From Candidatus Omnitrophota bacterium (GTDB lineage: Bacteria > Omnitrophota > Gorgyraeia > Velamenicoccales > JABMQK01), in NCBI GenBank assembly GCA_028711115.1, contig JAQTSV010000001.1, forward strand, positions 1,030,032 to 1,094,031: a DNA stretch of 64,000 bases, in the 5' to 3' direction. Below are positions 37,963 to 46,874 of the stretch, piece by piece. The position numbers were made by a program, and so were the translations under genes. How positions within the stretch are numbered: position 1 is the first letter of the stretch; the number at the start of each line of letters is the position of its first letter. The notes below the pieces were generated by a model. That model was not told where the DNA came from. It did not search any database and saw only the letters and a list, made by a program, of their open reading frames with translations.

Positions 37963-38886
37963 CTAATCTATGAGTTCTGAAACAAAAACAAATTCATAAC
38001 CTGCTTCGTCTAATTGCGGCATCGTCTCTTTAAGTATCAGTAAAGTATTATCTTTATCATGGCCAATGCCTATGGCTTCGCCTTTTTCATCTACTTCTTT
38101 TACCAGCTCCATTAATTGACCGCGGATATATTCCGGATCGGGCTTATTATCTAAGAAAATAGAACGCCGGGAAAATTTTATTCCTAATTCTTTGGCAACA
38201 TCTCTGCACACAGAATCTGGCGCTACAAAACTATCCAAAAAATAAAGATTATGTTGCTTTAATTCTTTAAATACAGTTCTGATAAATGCCTTATTGGTTG
38301 TAGCCAGAGAACCCATATGGTTATTAACCCCTTCGGCATAAGGAATATCATTCAACGCTTCGTTTAAAATGGTCTTTATCTTCTCGGGATTCATGGATAT
38401 CATAAGTGTCTTTGGCTCCAATCCTACTTTTTCTTTATCGTCTGGTTCCATGGGCATATGGATAATGACTTCATAATTGTGCGCGTGGGCAAATTCTGCT
38501 ATTCTATGCGAATAATAACGAAACGGCAGAATCGCCAATGTCAGAGGCAATTTTATCTCCTTAAGCATCTCTAAATCATCTGCATTATAACCCCAATCGT
38601 CTATAACAATGGCGATCTTTCCTTTTATTTTTCTGGGCACTATCTTTTGTGCCATCTTTTTTACGGGTTTTTTGACGATAACTCTCTGGGCTTCAACCTT
38701 GACAAATTTCTTTTTAGTGATAACCGAAGGGGCCTTGGTGGTAGGGGTCTTAGGAATTAAAAATAGCAAAAGAATGGTTTCGAAAAGAAGGATTAATGAC
38801 AGAAAACCGATTGTGAAACTATTGCTTCTATTTTTTATCCCGTGAGAGGATTTATGACGTCTTCTTTTGTGTCTGAATAACGGCAT
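37963..38886 (-). CDS. divergent polysaccharide deacetylase (YibQ-like)
   Basis: 307 aa. N-terminal TM helix, then IAIVIDDWGY...HMPMEP...NHMGS motifs. Confidence 0.8.
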   Translation of the reverse strand: MPLFRHKRRRHKSSHGIKNRSNSFTIGFLSLILLFETILLLFLIPKTPTTKAPSVITKKKFVKVEAQRVIVKKPVKKMAQKIVPRKIKGKIAIVIDDWGYNADDLEMLKEIKLPLTLAILPFRYYSHRIAEFAHAHNYEVIIHMPMEPDDKEKVGLEPKTLMISMNPEKIKTILNEALNDIPYAEGVNNHMGSLATTNKAFIRTVFKELKQHNLYFLDSFVAPDSVCRDVAKELGIKFSRRSIFLDNKPDPEYIRGQLMELVKEVDEKGEAIGIGHDKDNTLLILKETMPQLDEAGYEFVFVSELID

Positions 38887-38900
38887 TATCTGTCAATCTA

Positions 38901-40178
38901 TTATTGCTGCGAACTGGTATATATTAATAACCCTTTTAGGACAGCTACCGCCCGCATCAATTGGTTATCAAGTTTATATTTCTTCATAAATAAATCTCCG
39001 GAGGTATTGTCTAAACCAAATACCTTAGCTATTTCCTCGGGGACGTTTTGGTCCTGTTCTATGTTTACACCAGGAGGCAGCTGTATAGGTTCCACATTTA
39101 TGTCTGGCTCAATACCTTCACCCTGGATACTGCGTCCCAGCGGAGTAAAGTATTTGCTGGTCGTTAACTTTACCGCAGAACCGTCGGATAAAGGAATAAT
39201 CGTCTGGACAGAACCTTTGCCGAATGTCTTGCGGCCTACTATTATTGCCCGTCTATAATCCTGTAGCGCCCCCGCTAGAATTTCACTTCCGGAAGCGCTG
39301 CCTTCATTAACCATAATAACCATCAGTAAATCTTTGTGGGGAGAATTATGTTTGCTGCGGAATTCCAGAGTCTGCACATCTGCCTTGCCTTTTGTGGAGA
39401 CAATGAGTTTATTTTCGTCTAAAAACATCTCTGCGACCTGAGCCGCTACTGTCAATAATCCTCCGGGGTTATTCCTCACATCCAAAACCAGAGCCTTCAT
39501 TCCTTTCTTCTTTAAATCTTCCAAAGCTAGAGCCAAGTCATTGGGGGTTTCTTCGCTAAACTCCACTAATCTTATATAGCCGATACCGGGTTCAATAATA
39601 CGCACGTCTTTGATATCATCAATCTTAATTATTGCCCGTGTTATTTTCAATTCTAACAATTCCTTTACGCCCTGCCTCCAGATAGTAATTTTTACTTCTG
39701 TGCCAGGTTTGCCTCTCAGCGCTCTCACAGCATCATTTAAGGTATAATCTTTTAGGACTTTGTCGTCTATCTTGACAATTATGTCTCCTGTCTTTATACC
39801 GGCATTCCAGGCAGGCGTATTTTCTATTGGGGAAATCACTGTTATCAAACCGTCTTTAGTGGTAATTTCCATACCCACTCCGCTGAATTTCCCCTCTGTA
39901 TCAGATTTTAACTCATTATATTCTTGAGGATCAAGAAACTCCGAATAAGGATCCAATGCCGAGAGCATGCCTCTTAATGTGCCGTATATTAAATCCTTGG
40001 GCTTTGACTCTTCTACATATTGAGTCTGAATTATATAAAGGGTATCGGAAAGAAGGCCCAGTTCTTTATATGTTTCGTCTTTGACTGTGCGGTCTACTTT
40101 CATTGACGAACCCACAAAGAATAAAAAACACACTGTTAATAAAATGAAAAATTTTATATAATTTTTCTTAAGAAACAT
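38901..40178 (-). CDS. ctp: S41 carboxyl-terminal processing protease
   Basis: 425 aa. PDZ domain plus S41 catalytic region (GSASGSEI, KTFGKGSVQ). Confidence 0.9.
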   Translation of the reverse strand: MFLKKNYIKFFILLTVCFLFFVGSSMKVDRTVKDETYKELGLLSDTLYIIQTQYVEESKPKDLIYGTLRGMLSALDPYSEFLDPQEYNELKSDTEGKFSGVGMEITTKDGLITVISPIENTPAWNAGIKTGDIIVKIDDKVLKDYTLNDAVRALRGKPGTEVKITIWRQGVKELLELKITRAIIKIDDIKDVRIIEPGIGYIRLVEFSEETPNDLALALEDLKKKGMKALVLDVRNNPGGLLTVAAQVAEMFLDENKLIVSTKGKADVQTLEFRSKHNSPHKDLLMVIMVNEGSASGSEILAGALQDYRRAIIVGRKTFGKGSVQTIIPLSDGSAVKLTTSKYFTPLGRSIQGEGIEPDINVEPIQLPPGVNIEQDQNVPEEIAKVFGLDNTSGDLFMKKYKLDNQLMRAVAVLKGLLIYTSSQQ

Positions 40179-41604
40179 TTTTCAGCCTCCTTAAAATTAT
40201 ATCCTTTACTACTTTGGGATTTGCCTTGCCTTTTGATAATTTCATGGCCTGGCCCACTAAAAACATAATAGCATTTTCTTTGCCTGACAAAAAATCATTT
40301 ACAGAATTGGGATTTTCCTTAATTACTTTTTTAACGATTTCTTCCAGCTCTTTTTCGTCGGAAATCTGGGTTAACCCAGATTTCTTTATGGCTTCACCCG
40401 CTGTTGTCCCTTCGTATAACATAACGGAAAATACACCCTTGGCAGCTAAATTGCTTAACTTGCCATCATCTACATTCTTAATCAGTTCTACTAATTCCTG
40501 CGGTTCTAATTTTATTTCTTTAACCTGTTTACCAGTTTCATTAATATAGGCCAATAATGGGCCGCTTATCCAATTATATATCTTCTTTGGTTCGATACCA
40601 AGCCCCACACATTTTTCAAAAAAGACACACAAATCTTTGTCCTGAATAATTACCTCTGCCTCTTTGGGGCTTAAATTAAAATTACCCGTGTATCTTTCTT
40701 CTCTGTCTTTGGGAAGCTCGGGAATTTCTTTCTTGAGTCTTTCTATAAACTCTTTACTAAAGGTAAAAGGAACCAAATCCGGGTCGGGAAAATACCGATA
40801 ATCGTGCGCTTCTTCTTTTGAGCGCATGGAAGATGTCAATTGCTTATCCTCATCCCACAGCCGCGTCTCCTGAGTTATTTTATGGCCTTTACCAAGTAAG
40901 CCTTGCTGGCGTTTGATTTCATAATCCAGCGCCAGCCTAACACCTTTAAACGAATTCATATTCTTCAGCTCTGTCTTGGTGCCTAAAGCCTCCTCTCCTT
41001 TTGGCCTCAGTGATATATTGGCATCGCAACGTAGGCTTCCTTCTTCCATATCGCAATCAGAAACTCCCAAGTATTGAATTATCAGTTTCAGATTCTTCAA
41101 ATATTCGAATGCCTCCAGCGGTGAATTTATATCCGGTTCGCTGACAATTTCTAAAAGCGGGATTCCGCAACGATTATAATCCACTAAACTATAATCGGAA
41201 TCTTCTTTATGAATGAGTTTGCCTGCATCTTCTTCCAGATGCACACGTTTGATACGGATTTTTTTCTTTGCGTTTTCCAAATCGATTTCAATAAAACCAT
41301 CCAAACCTATGGGCATATCATACTGGGAAATTTGGTAATTCTTGGGAAGGTCTGGATAAAAATAATTTTTACGGTCGAATTTTATGAATTCCTGGGCTTT
41401 ACAATTCAAAGCCAAAGCAACCTTTACCGAATACTCCAAAGCCTTTTCATTTAAGACCGGCAAAGATCCCGGAAACCCCAGACAGACAGGACAAGTCTGG
41501 GTATTGGGCTCATTGCCGAATTCAGTGGAACAACCGCAGAAAGCCTTTGTCTCGGTCTTTAAATGGACGTGAACCTCTAAGCCAATAACTGTTTCGAATT
41601 CCAT
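40168..41604 (-). CDS. gatB: Asp/Glu-tRNA amidotransferase subunit B
   Basis: 478 aa with EFETVIGLEVHVHL start. Confidence 0.96.
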   Translation of the reverse strand: MEFETVIGLEVHVHLKTETKAFCGCSTEFGNEPNTQTCPVCLGFPGSLPVLNEKALEYSVKVALALNCKAQEFIKFDRKNYFYPDLPKNYQISQYDMPIGLDGFIEIDLENAKKKIRIKRVHLEEDAGKLIHKEDSDYSLVDYNRCGIPLLEIVSEPDINSPLEAFEYLKNLKLIIQYLGVSDCDMEEGSLRCDANISLRPKGEEALGTKTELKNMNSFKGVRLALDYEIKRQQGLLGKGHKITQETRLWDEDKQLTSSMRSKEEAHDYRYFPDPDLVPFTFSKEFIERLKKEIPELPKDREERYTGNFNLSPKEAEVIIQDKDLCVFFEKCVGLGIEPKKIYNWISGPLLAYINETGKQVKEIKLEPQELVELIKNVDDGKLSNLAAKGVFSVMLYEGTTAGEAIKKSGLTQISDEKELEEIVKKVIKENPNSVNDFLSGKENAIMFLVGQAMKLSKGKANPKVVKDIILRRLKNVS

Positions 41605-41610
41605 AATATT

Positions 41611-43047
41611 TTAAACTTTAATATCCGGTTTTATCTTATGCCAATCCGTATTCTGTTCAAAGGCATAAGCTGCCCTGAATAAATTTTCTTCTTTGAACGG
41701 GCCGCTCAATATCTGCAAACCTATAGGCAATTTATCTTTTGTCAAACCGCAAGGCAGAGATATTGCCGGTATACCGGCTAAATTCGCTGAAATAGTATAG
41801 ATATCCGACAAATACATGGAAAGCGGATCGTCTAATCTTTCTCCGATTTTAAATGCTGCCGTGGGAGAAGTGGGCGTAAGAACGCAATCGAATTCTTTGA
41901 ATACATCGTCAAAATCTTTTTTTATTAAACTCCTGACTTTCAGAGCCCTCAGGTAATATGCGTCGTAGTAACCGCTGGATAAAACATAGGTTCCCAAAAT
42001 GATTCTTCTCTTTGCCTCTGACCCGAATCCTTTGCCTCTGGTCTGTTTATACATCGTAATCATGGGATTGGCATCTTTTGCGCCAGTGCATCTTAAACCG
42101 TATTGCACGCCATCAAAACGCGCTAAATTGGAACTTGCTTCAGCTGTGGCAAGAATGTAATAAACAGCCACAGCATATTTAGTGTGCGGTAAGCTTACTT
42201 CTTTAAAAGTCGCCCCTAATTTTTCTAATTTATTTTTTGCTTCTTTGATCGCGGCTTCCACATCTTTATCCAAGCCTTTAATAAAATATTCTTTGGGCAG
42301 AGCTATCTTCAAGCCTTTGACATCTTTTTTCAGACAACTCAAATAATCATCTGCTTTAATATCTACGGACGTAGAATCTCTCTCGTCATGGCCGGCAATG
42401 ATATTTAAAAGCAGGGCTGCATCATAAACATCTTTGGTAATCGGCCCGATCTGGTCAAGGCTGGAGGCAAAGGCAATAAGGCCGTAGCGCGAAACCCTGC
42501 CGTAGGTTGGTTTTAATCCCACGATGCCGCATAATGCTGCGGGTTGTCTGATAGAGCCTCCTGTGTCTGAGCCAAGCGCCCATATCGCCTCATCAGCTGC
42601 CACTGCAGCAGCAGAACCGCCACTAGAACCGCCGGGGACTCTTTTTAAATCCCAGGGATTGCGTGTAGGCCCATAGAAAGATGTTTCGCAGGAAGAACCA
42701 AAGGCAAATTCGTCCATATTAGTCTTACCGAATATAACAGCGCCTTTTTCTTTTAACCTTTCTATAACTGTGGCATCATAAGGCGGTATAAATCCGTCAA
42801 GTATATGAGAAGAACACGTGGTTAGCGCCTCTTTTGTGCAGATATTATCTTTTATGGCAATGGGAATGCCTTTAAGAAAAGAATCTTTATTGACTGGCTC
42901 TGAATTATTGGGCGCGTGTGCGTAGGCTTTAATTTTTGGTTCAGTTTTTTTAATCTGTGATTTCAGGTCGGAGAGAATCTCATTCTGCGTAATCTGGCCT
43001 TTATTCAGCAAATCTATGAGTTCGTGGGCAGTCTTGGTATTCAACAT
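41611..43047 (-). CDS. gatA: Asp/Glu-tRNA amidotransferase subunit A
   Basis: 478 aa with amidase signature GGSSGGSAAAVA. Confidence 0.96.
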   Translation of the reverse strand: MLNTKTAHELIDLLNKGQITQNEILSDLKSQIKKTEPKIKAYAHAPNNSEPVNKDSFLKGIPIAIKDNICTKEALTTCSSHILDGFIPPYDATVIERLKEKGAVIFGKTNMDEFAFGSSCETSFYGPTRNPWDLKRVPGGSSGGSAAAVAADEAIWALGSDTGGSIRQPAALCGIVGLKPTYGRVSRYGLIAFASSLDQIGPITKDVYDAALLLNIIAGHDERDSTSVDIKADDYLSCLKKDVKGLKIALPKEYFIKGLDKDVEAAIKEAKNKLEKLGATFKEVSLPHTKYAVAVYYILATAEASSNLARFDGVQYGLRCTGAKDANPMITMYKQTRGKGFGSEAKRRIILGTYVLSSGYYDAYYLRALKVRSLIKKDFDDVFKEFDCVLTPTSPTAAFKIGERLDDPLSMYLSDIYTISANLAGIPAISLPCGLTKDKLPIGLQILSGPFKEENLFRAAYAFEQNTDWHKIKPDIKV

Positions 43048-43334
43048 TATTCAATCACCTTGGGAACCTTAAAAAACTTACCTTGTTTTTGCGGGGAATT
43101 CTTGAGAACTTCCTCCGCTTTGAGAGATGGACGTAATTTATCTTTTCTGGTGACATTTTTAATGGGCAAAACGTGTGCCGTAGGCGGAATTTTCGATATA
43201 TCCACTTCTTTCAGCTGCTCGATATAACGCAGAATATCATTTAGCTGCAGAGAAAATTTTTCTAATTCCTCTTCAGCCAATTCCAGTCTGGCTAAATTAG
43301 CTACGTATTTTACTGTATCTTTAGTAATATTCAT
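43047..43334 (-). CDS. gatC: Asp/Glu-tRNA amidotransferase subunit C
   Basis: 95 aa. VANLARLEL motif; position in gatCAB. Confidence 0.9.
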   Translation of the reverse strand: MNITKDTVKYVANLARLELAEEELEKFSLQLNDILRYIEQLKEVDISKIPPTAHVLPIKNVTRKDKLRPSLKAEEVLKNSPQKQGKFFKVPKVIE

Positions 43335-43399
43335 AAGTTAGGAAAATTATCTTAACACCGGCCTTACGAAAAGTCAAATACTCAATTAAATGGTTATCT

Positions 43400-44110
43400 T
43401 CAAATGAGGGAGAAATTTCTGTCGATAAATTCCAGCAGTTTTTTCTGGACAGGAGCCGGGATATTGTAGAATTCTACCCCCATTCCGGGATGGATGTGTT
43501 GTTGCACTTGCTTGTCAGACAACCATACGACTCTGGCATCAAGTTTTATTTCTTCAGAAGAAGGTGAAAGTTTAATTATTAAAACAACCTCATCGCCTAA
43601 TTTGAATTGGCTGCAACCATATATATAAGCGCCTAAGGCGCTCAAATCCAGGAGGTCTGTCTTAAAACAGACTTTTTCTTTATCGTATTTACCTTTTACC
43701 TCTATTTTAATATCAATGGGCAGGCGCTTGAATCTGCGGCGCAATTGCAGTTTCTGAATATTTTCTATGACTCTGTCTTCCTTGAAACTATTTATCGCCA
43801 ACTCCTCCTCAACATAGATATCCATGGCCTTGTCCAGCCCTGTAATTGAAAACAGGTTCCTAAGGTGTGCCGGAATATTTATAAACTTCATCCTGCCGTT
43901 ATTATTTGTCACATCTTTATAAGCGATTACCACTACGGAAATACCCATATAATCGATAAAATCAACATTCTCGAAGTTGCAAAGTATATCGCGATAGCCG
44001 TCGTGCAGGCACTCGCCTATAACTTCGATAAAATTAGCGGCATTCACATCAATGCGGCCGCTTAAATCCAGTATCACAATTCCGTTCTTGGTCCTGCCCT
44101 TAATTTCCAT
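43400..44110 (-). CDS. STAS (anti-sigma-antagonist-like) domain fused to a PilZ domain
   Basis: 236 aa. The N-terminal STAS pattern is ILDLSGRIDV...VDFIDYMGISVVV...FSITGLD. The C-terminal part carries RRRFKR (RxxxR) and DLSALGA (D-x-S-x-x-G). Confidence 0.75.
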   Translation of the reverse strand: MEIKGRTKNGIVILDLSGRIDVNAANFIEVIGECLHDGYRDILCNFENVDFIDYMGISVVVIAYKDVTNNNGRMKFINIPAHLRNLFSITGLDKAMDIYVEEELAINSFKEDRVIENIQKLQLRRRFKRLPIDIKIEVKGKYDKEKVCFKTDLLDLSALGAYIYGCSQFKLGDEVVLIIKLSPSSEEIKLDARVVWLSDKQVQQHIHPGMGVEFYNIPAPVQKKLLEFIDRNFSLI

Positions 44111-44163
44111 ATTTTGGCTCGCTTCGGATAGTTAATTTGTTTAAAAATAAGCAACTTGAATTA

Positions 44164-45018
44164 TCATACATTATTTTTATCTTTAATGCAATCAAAACAT
44201 AAATTGCTAATACGGGTATAATCTTCTATGGATAAATTTTCCGCCCTGAGATTATGATCTATATTTAATTTGGATAATATCCCGCTAAGACTATCTTTAT
44301 CCAATACGGAAGATAAAGAATTCAGGATATTTTTTCTGCGTTGATTAAACGCTGCACGAATAATCTTAAACAGCAACTTCCTGTCTTTAAGTTTTAATTC
44401 TTTCAACCAATATCCCTTAGGCCTTGGTTCTAATTTTATAAAACTGGAATCCACCTTAGGTTGAGGCTTAAAGCATGTCCTGTTCACAGAAAAAAGCAAA
44501 GTTGGCTTGGTATGAAACTGCGTAAAGCAAGAGATACTGGAGTAATCTTTGGTATTTGGTTTGGCTATTAACCTTAAGGCAAATTCCTTCTGCACCATAA
44601 GATAAACACTCTCTAATAAATCTATATTTTCAAAAACATATTCCAATATGGGCGTGGTAATACTATAGGGAATGTTGCCTACGAGCTTAATTTTTTTCTT
44701 TATCCTCGATTTCTTCAAAAACCCGCCTAAATTAAATTCCAAAATATCGCTATTAATCAAATCGATATTATGGAAATCCCTTAAGGACAATCCGAGGTGC
44801 TCGTATAATTTTTTGTCTAATTCTACGGCGATAACCTTTTTAACCTGACCTGCTAATTCCCCGGTAAGAATACCCTGGCCCGGGCCGATTTCCAAAACTA
44901 CATCGTCTTTAGACAGGGATGCTCTGGCTAATATCTTTCTGATTATATTCTTGTCTGTGAGGAAACTCTGGCCGAATCTTTTTTTGGGATAGAAATCTAA
45001 AGGTAGAATGAGCATCAA
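44164..45018 (-). CDS. rsmA: 16S rRNA (adenine1518/1519-N6)-dimethyltransferase
   Basis: 284 aa. KRFGQSFL start and VLEIGPGQG SAM motif. Confidence 0.93.
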   Translation of the reverse strand: MMLILPLDFYPKKRFGQSFLTDKNIIRKILARASLSKDDVVLEIGPGQGILTGELAGQVKKVIAVELDKKLYEHLGLSLRDFHNIDLINSDILEFNLGGFLKKSRIKKKIKLVGNIPYSITTPILEYVFENIDLLESVYLMVQKEFALRLIAKPNTKDYSSISCFTQFHTKPTLLFSVNRTCFKPQPKVDSSFIKLEPRPKGYWLKELKLKDRKLLFKIIRAAFNQRRKNILNSLSSVLDKDSLSGILSKLNIDHNLRAENLSIEDYTRISNLCFDCIKDKNNV

Positions 45019-45968
45019 TTCCTTAGTTTATTTCTGGTAAGTGTATATGCTAATTTAACCGCCTCTAACATTGAATGATAATCTGCCTTATTTTTACCCG
45101 CAATGTTAAATGCGGTGCCGTGCACCGGCGAGGTGCGGATAAACGGAAGGCCTAAAGTCAGATTCACACCCTCAAAGAAATCCAGCATCTTGAAAGGAAT
45201 CAAACCCTGGTCATGATACATGCATATAACAGCGTCAAATTCTTTATTAAAACCGGGTTTAAAAAGCGTATCCGCCGGCAGAGGTCCGTATATCGTCTTA
45301 TATTTATTTTTCAATTGAGCGATAACGGGCTTAATCACCCTGTCCTCTTCATCTCCCATCAAACCGTCTTCCGAGGCATGAGGATTCAATCCTGCCACTG
45401 CCAACCTAGGATTATTAATTCCGAAATAATTCTTCAAAGCGCTGTAAGTAAGCGAAATTGTTGCGGCTATATTTTCTTTTTTAATATTTTTGGAGACATC
45501 ATTTAAGGCAATGTGGCGCGTAACGAGGCTTACCTTTAGATTTCTAGAAACAAACATCATGACAAAATCTTTAGTCCGGAACTGAGAAGCCAGAAACTCG
45601 GTATGCCCGCAAAATCTTATCCGGTTTAAACTTATGGCTTCCTTGCTCACCGGTGCAGTTACCAACGCATTAATCTTGCCTTTCTTTAGAAATTCCACTG
45701 CTTTCTTTAAATAAGTAAAACTCACCAAGCCAGATTCTTTAGTTAACACACCCATCTTAAACCCTTTTTTGCTTACTTTATTTAAATCTATCAGATTGAA
45801 TTTATTTTTTTTCTTTAATCCGCTTTTTGACAATGTTAATCTGTCACCAAGAATAATAATTTCACAGTCTAAAGGCAATCTGAATTTATCCAATGCCTCC
45901 AAAGTCACCTCCGGCCCGATTCCCGAAGGGTCTCCTATAGTTATGCCGATTCTTATTTTTTTATTCAT
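45015..45968 (-). CDS. pdxA: 4-hydroxythreonine-4-phosphate dehydrogenase
   Basis: 317 aa. GDPSGIGPE, MYHDQG and TSPVHGTAF motifs. Confidence 0.93.
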   Translation of the reverse strand: MNKKIRIGITIGDPSGIGPEVTLEALDKFRLPLDCEIIILGDRLTLSKSGLKKKNKFNLIDLNKVSKKGFKMGVLTKESGLVSFTYLKKAVEFLKKGKINALVTAPVSKEAISLNRIRFCGHTEFLASQFRTKDFVMMFVSRNLKVSLVTRHIALNDVSKNIKKENIAATISLTYSALKNYFGINNPRLAVAGLNPHASEDGLMGDEEDRVIKPVIAQLKNKYKTIYGPLPADTLFKPGFNKEFDAVICMYHDQGLIPFKMLDFFEGVNLTLGLPFIRTSPVHGTAFNIAGKNKADYHSMLEAVKLAYTLTRNKLRN

Positions 45969-46849
45969 TATTTTATAGAAATATAAGCTTTACTCTTAAG
46001 TTGTGCAATCCAGGCGTTTAACTTTTCAACAAATTTCATCTCCAAAAGCTTATCATAAATTTCCTGCTGGACTTCAGATATTTTTCTCTCTGCGGGAGGA
46101 TATTTTTGACGGACCAAGAATATAAAGTAGCCTTCCGAAACCTCCAGAGGTTTGGAAAATTTTCCTATCTCCAGACTGAAAATAACATCTTCTATATTTT
46201 TGCGCAGTTTACCTTTTTCTACCACGCCCAAATTAGAACCCTGCGAATACTGCCTCTGCATTTCGCCAAAATCAGCTCCCCCTTTTAATCTGGCATAGAT
46301 ATCCCGGGCTAAATCCTGTTTTTCAACAAAAATACTATCTACCTCTAAACGCTCAGGGGAATAAAAATCTTTAATATGATTTTGATAATAATCCGTGACA
46401 TCCTTGGGGCTGATGAATATCCTGCGGCGTATTTCCTGTGTTATCAATCTGTCGCTCATCATCTGTTCTCTGATACCTTGTTCCAATTCCGCCACAGATA
46501 ATCCCTGCTGCATCAAGAAGTCAGAAAACTCGCTCTCTGTGCTAAATCCTTTCTTCATCTTCTTTAACCTTGCCTCTATTAATCTATCTTCTATTTCTAT
46601 TTTCTTATTTTTTGCCTCTTGGGCCACCAATCTATCTTCTATAAGATTCCCCAGAATTTTAGTCTCGGACATCTCGCGGCTCTTCCATCTTTCCTCTCCC
46701 ATCTGCAATTTCAATAAATTTATATAAGTGTTTAACTCGGCCTGAGTAATGACTTCATTATTTACAATTGCAATTACTTTGTCTTCCGCGCAATAAGCGT
46801 AATTGACTAAAACTACACACATTAAAATTAACAATATTATTTTTTTCAT
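45968..46849 (-). CDS. surA: SurA-like periplasmic chaperone / parvulin PPIase
   Basis: 293 aa. Signal peptide, SurA-N-like region, and one parvulin domain. surA-pdxA-rsmA order as in E. coli. Confidence 0.78.
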   Translation of the reverse strand: MKKIILLILMCVVLVNYAYCAEDKVIAIVNNEVITQAELNTYINLLKLQMGEERWKSREMSETKILGNLIEDRLVAQEAKNKKIEIEDRLIEARLKKMKKGFSTESEFSDFLMQQGLSVAELEQGIREQMMSDRLITQEIRRRIFISPKDVTDYYQNHIKDFYSPERLEVDSIFVEKQDLARDIYARLKGGADFGEMQRQYSQGSNLGVVEKGKLRKNIEDVIFSLEIGKFSKPLEVSEGYFIFLVRQKYPPAERKISEVQQEIYDKLLEMKFVEKLNAWIAQLKSKAYISIK

Positions 46850-46874
46850 AAACTTCCTCTCCTTGAGAAATTAC

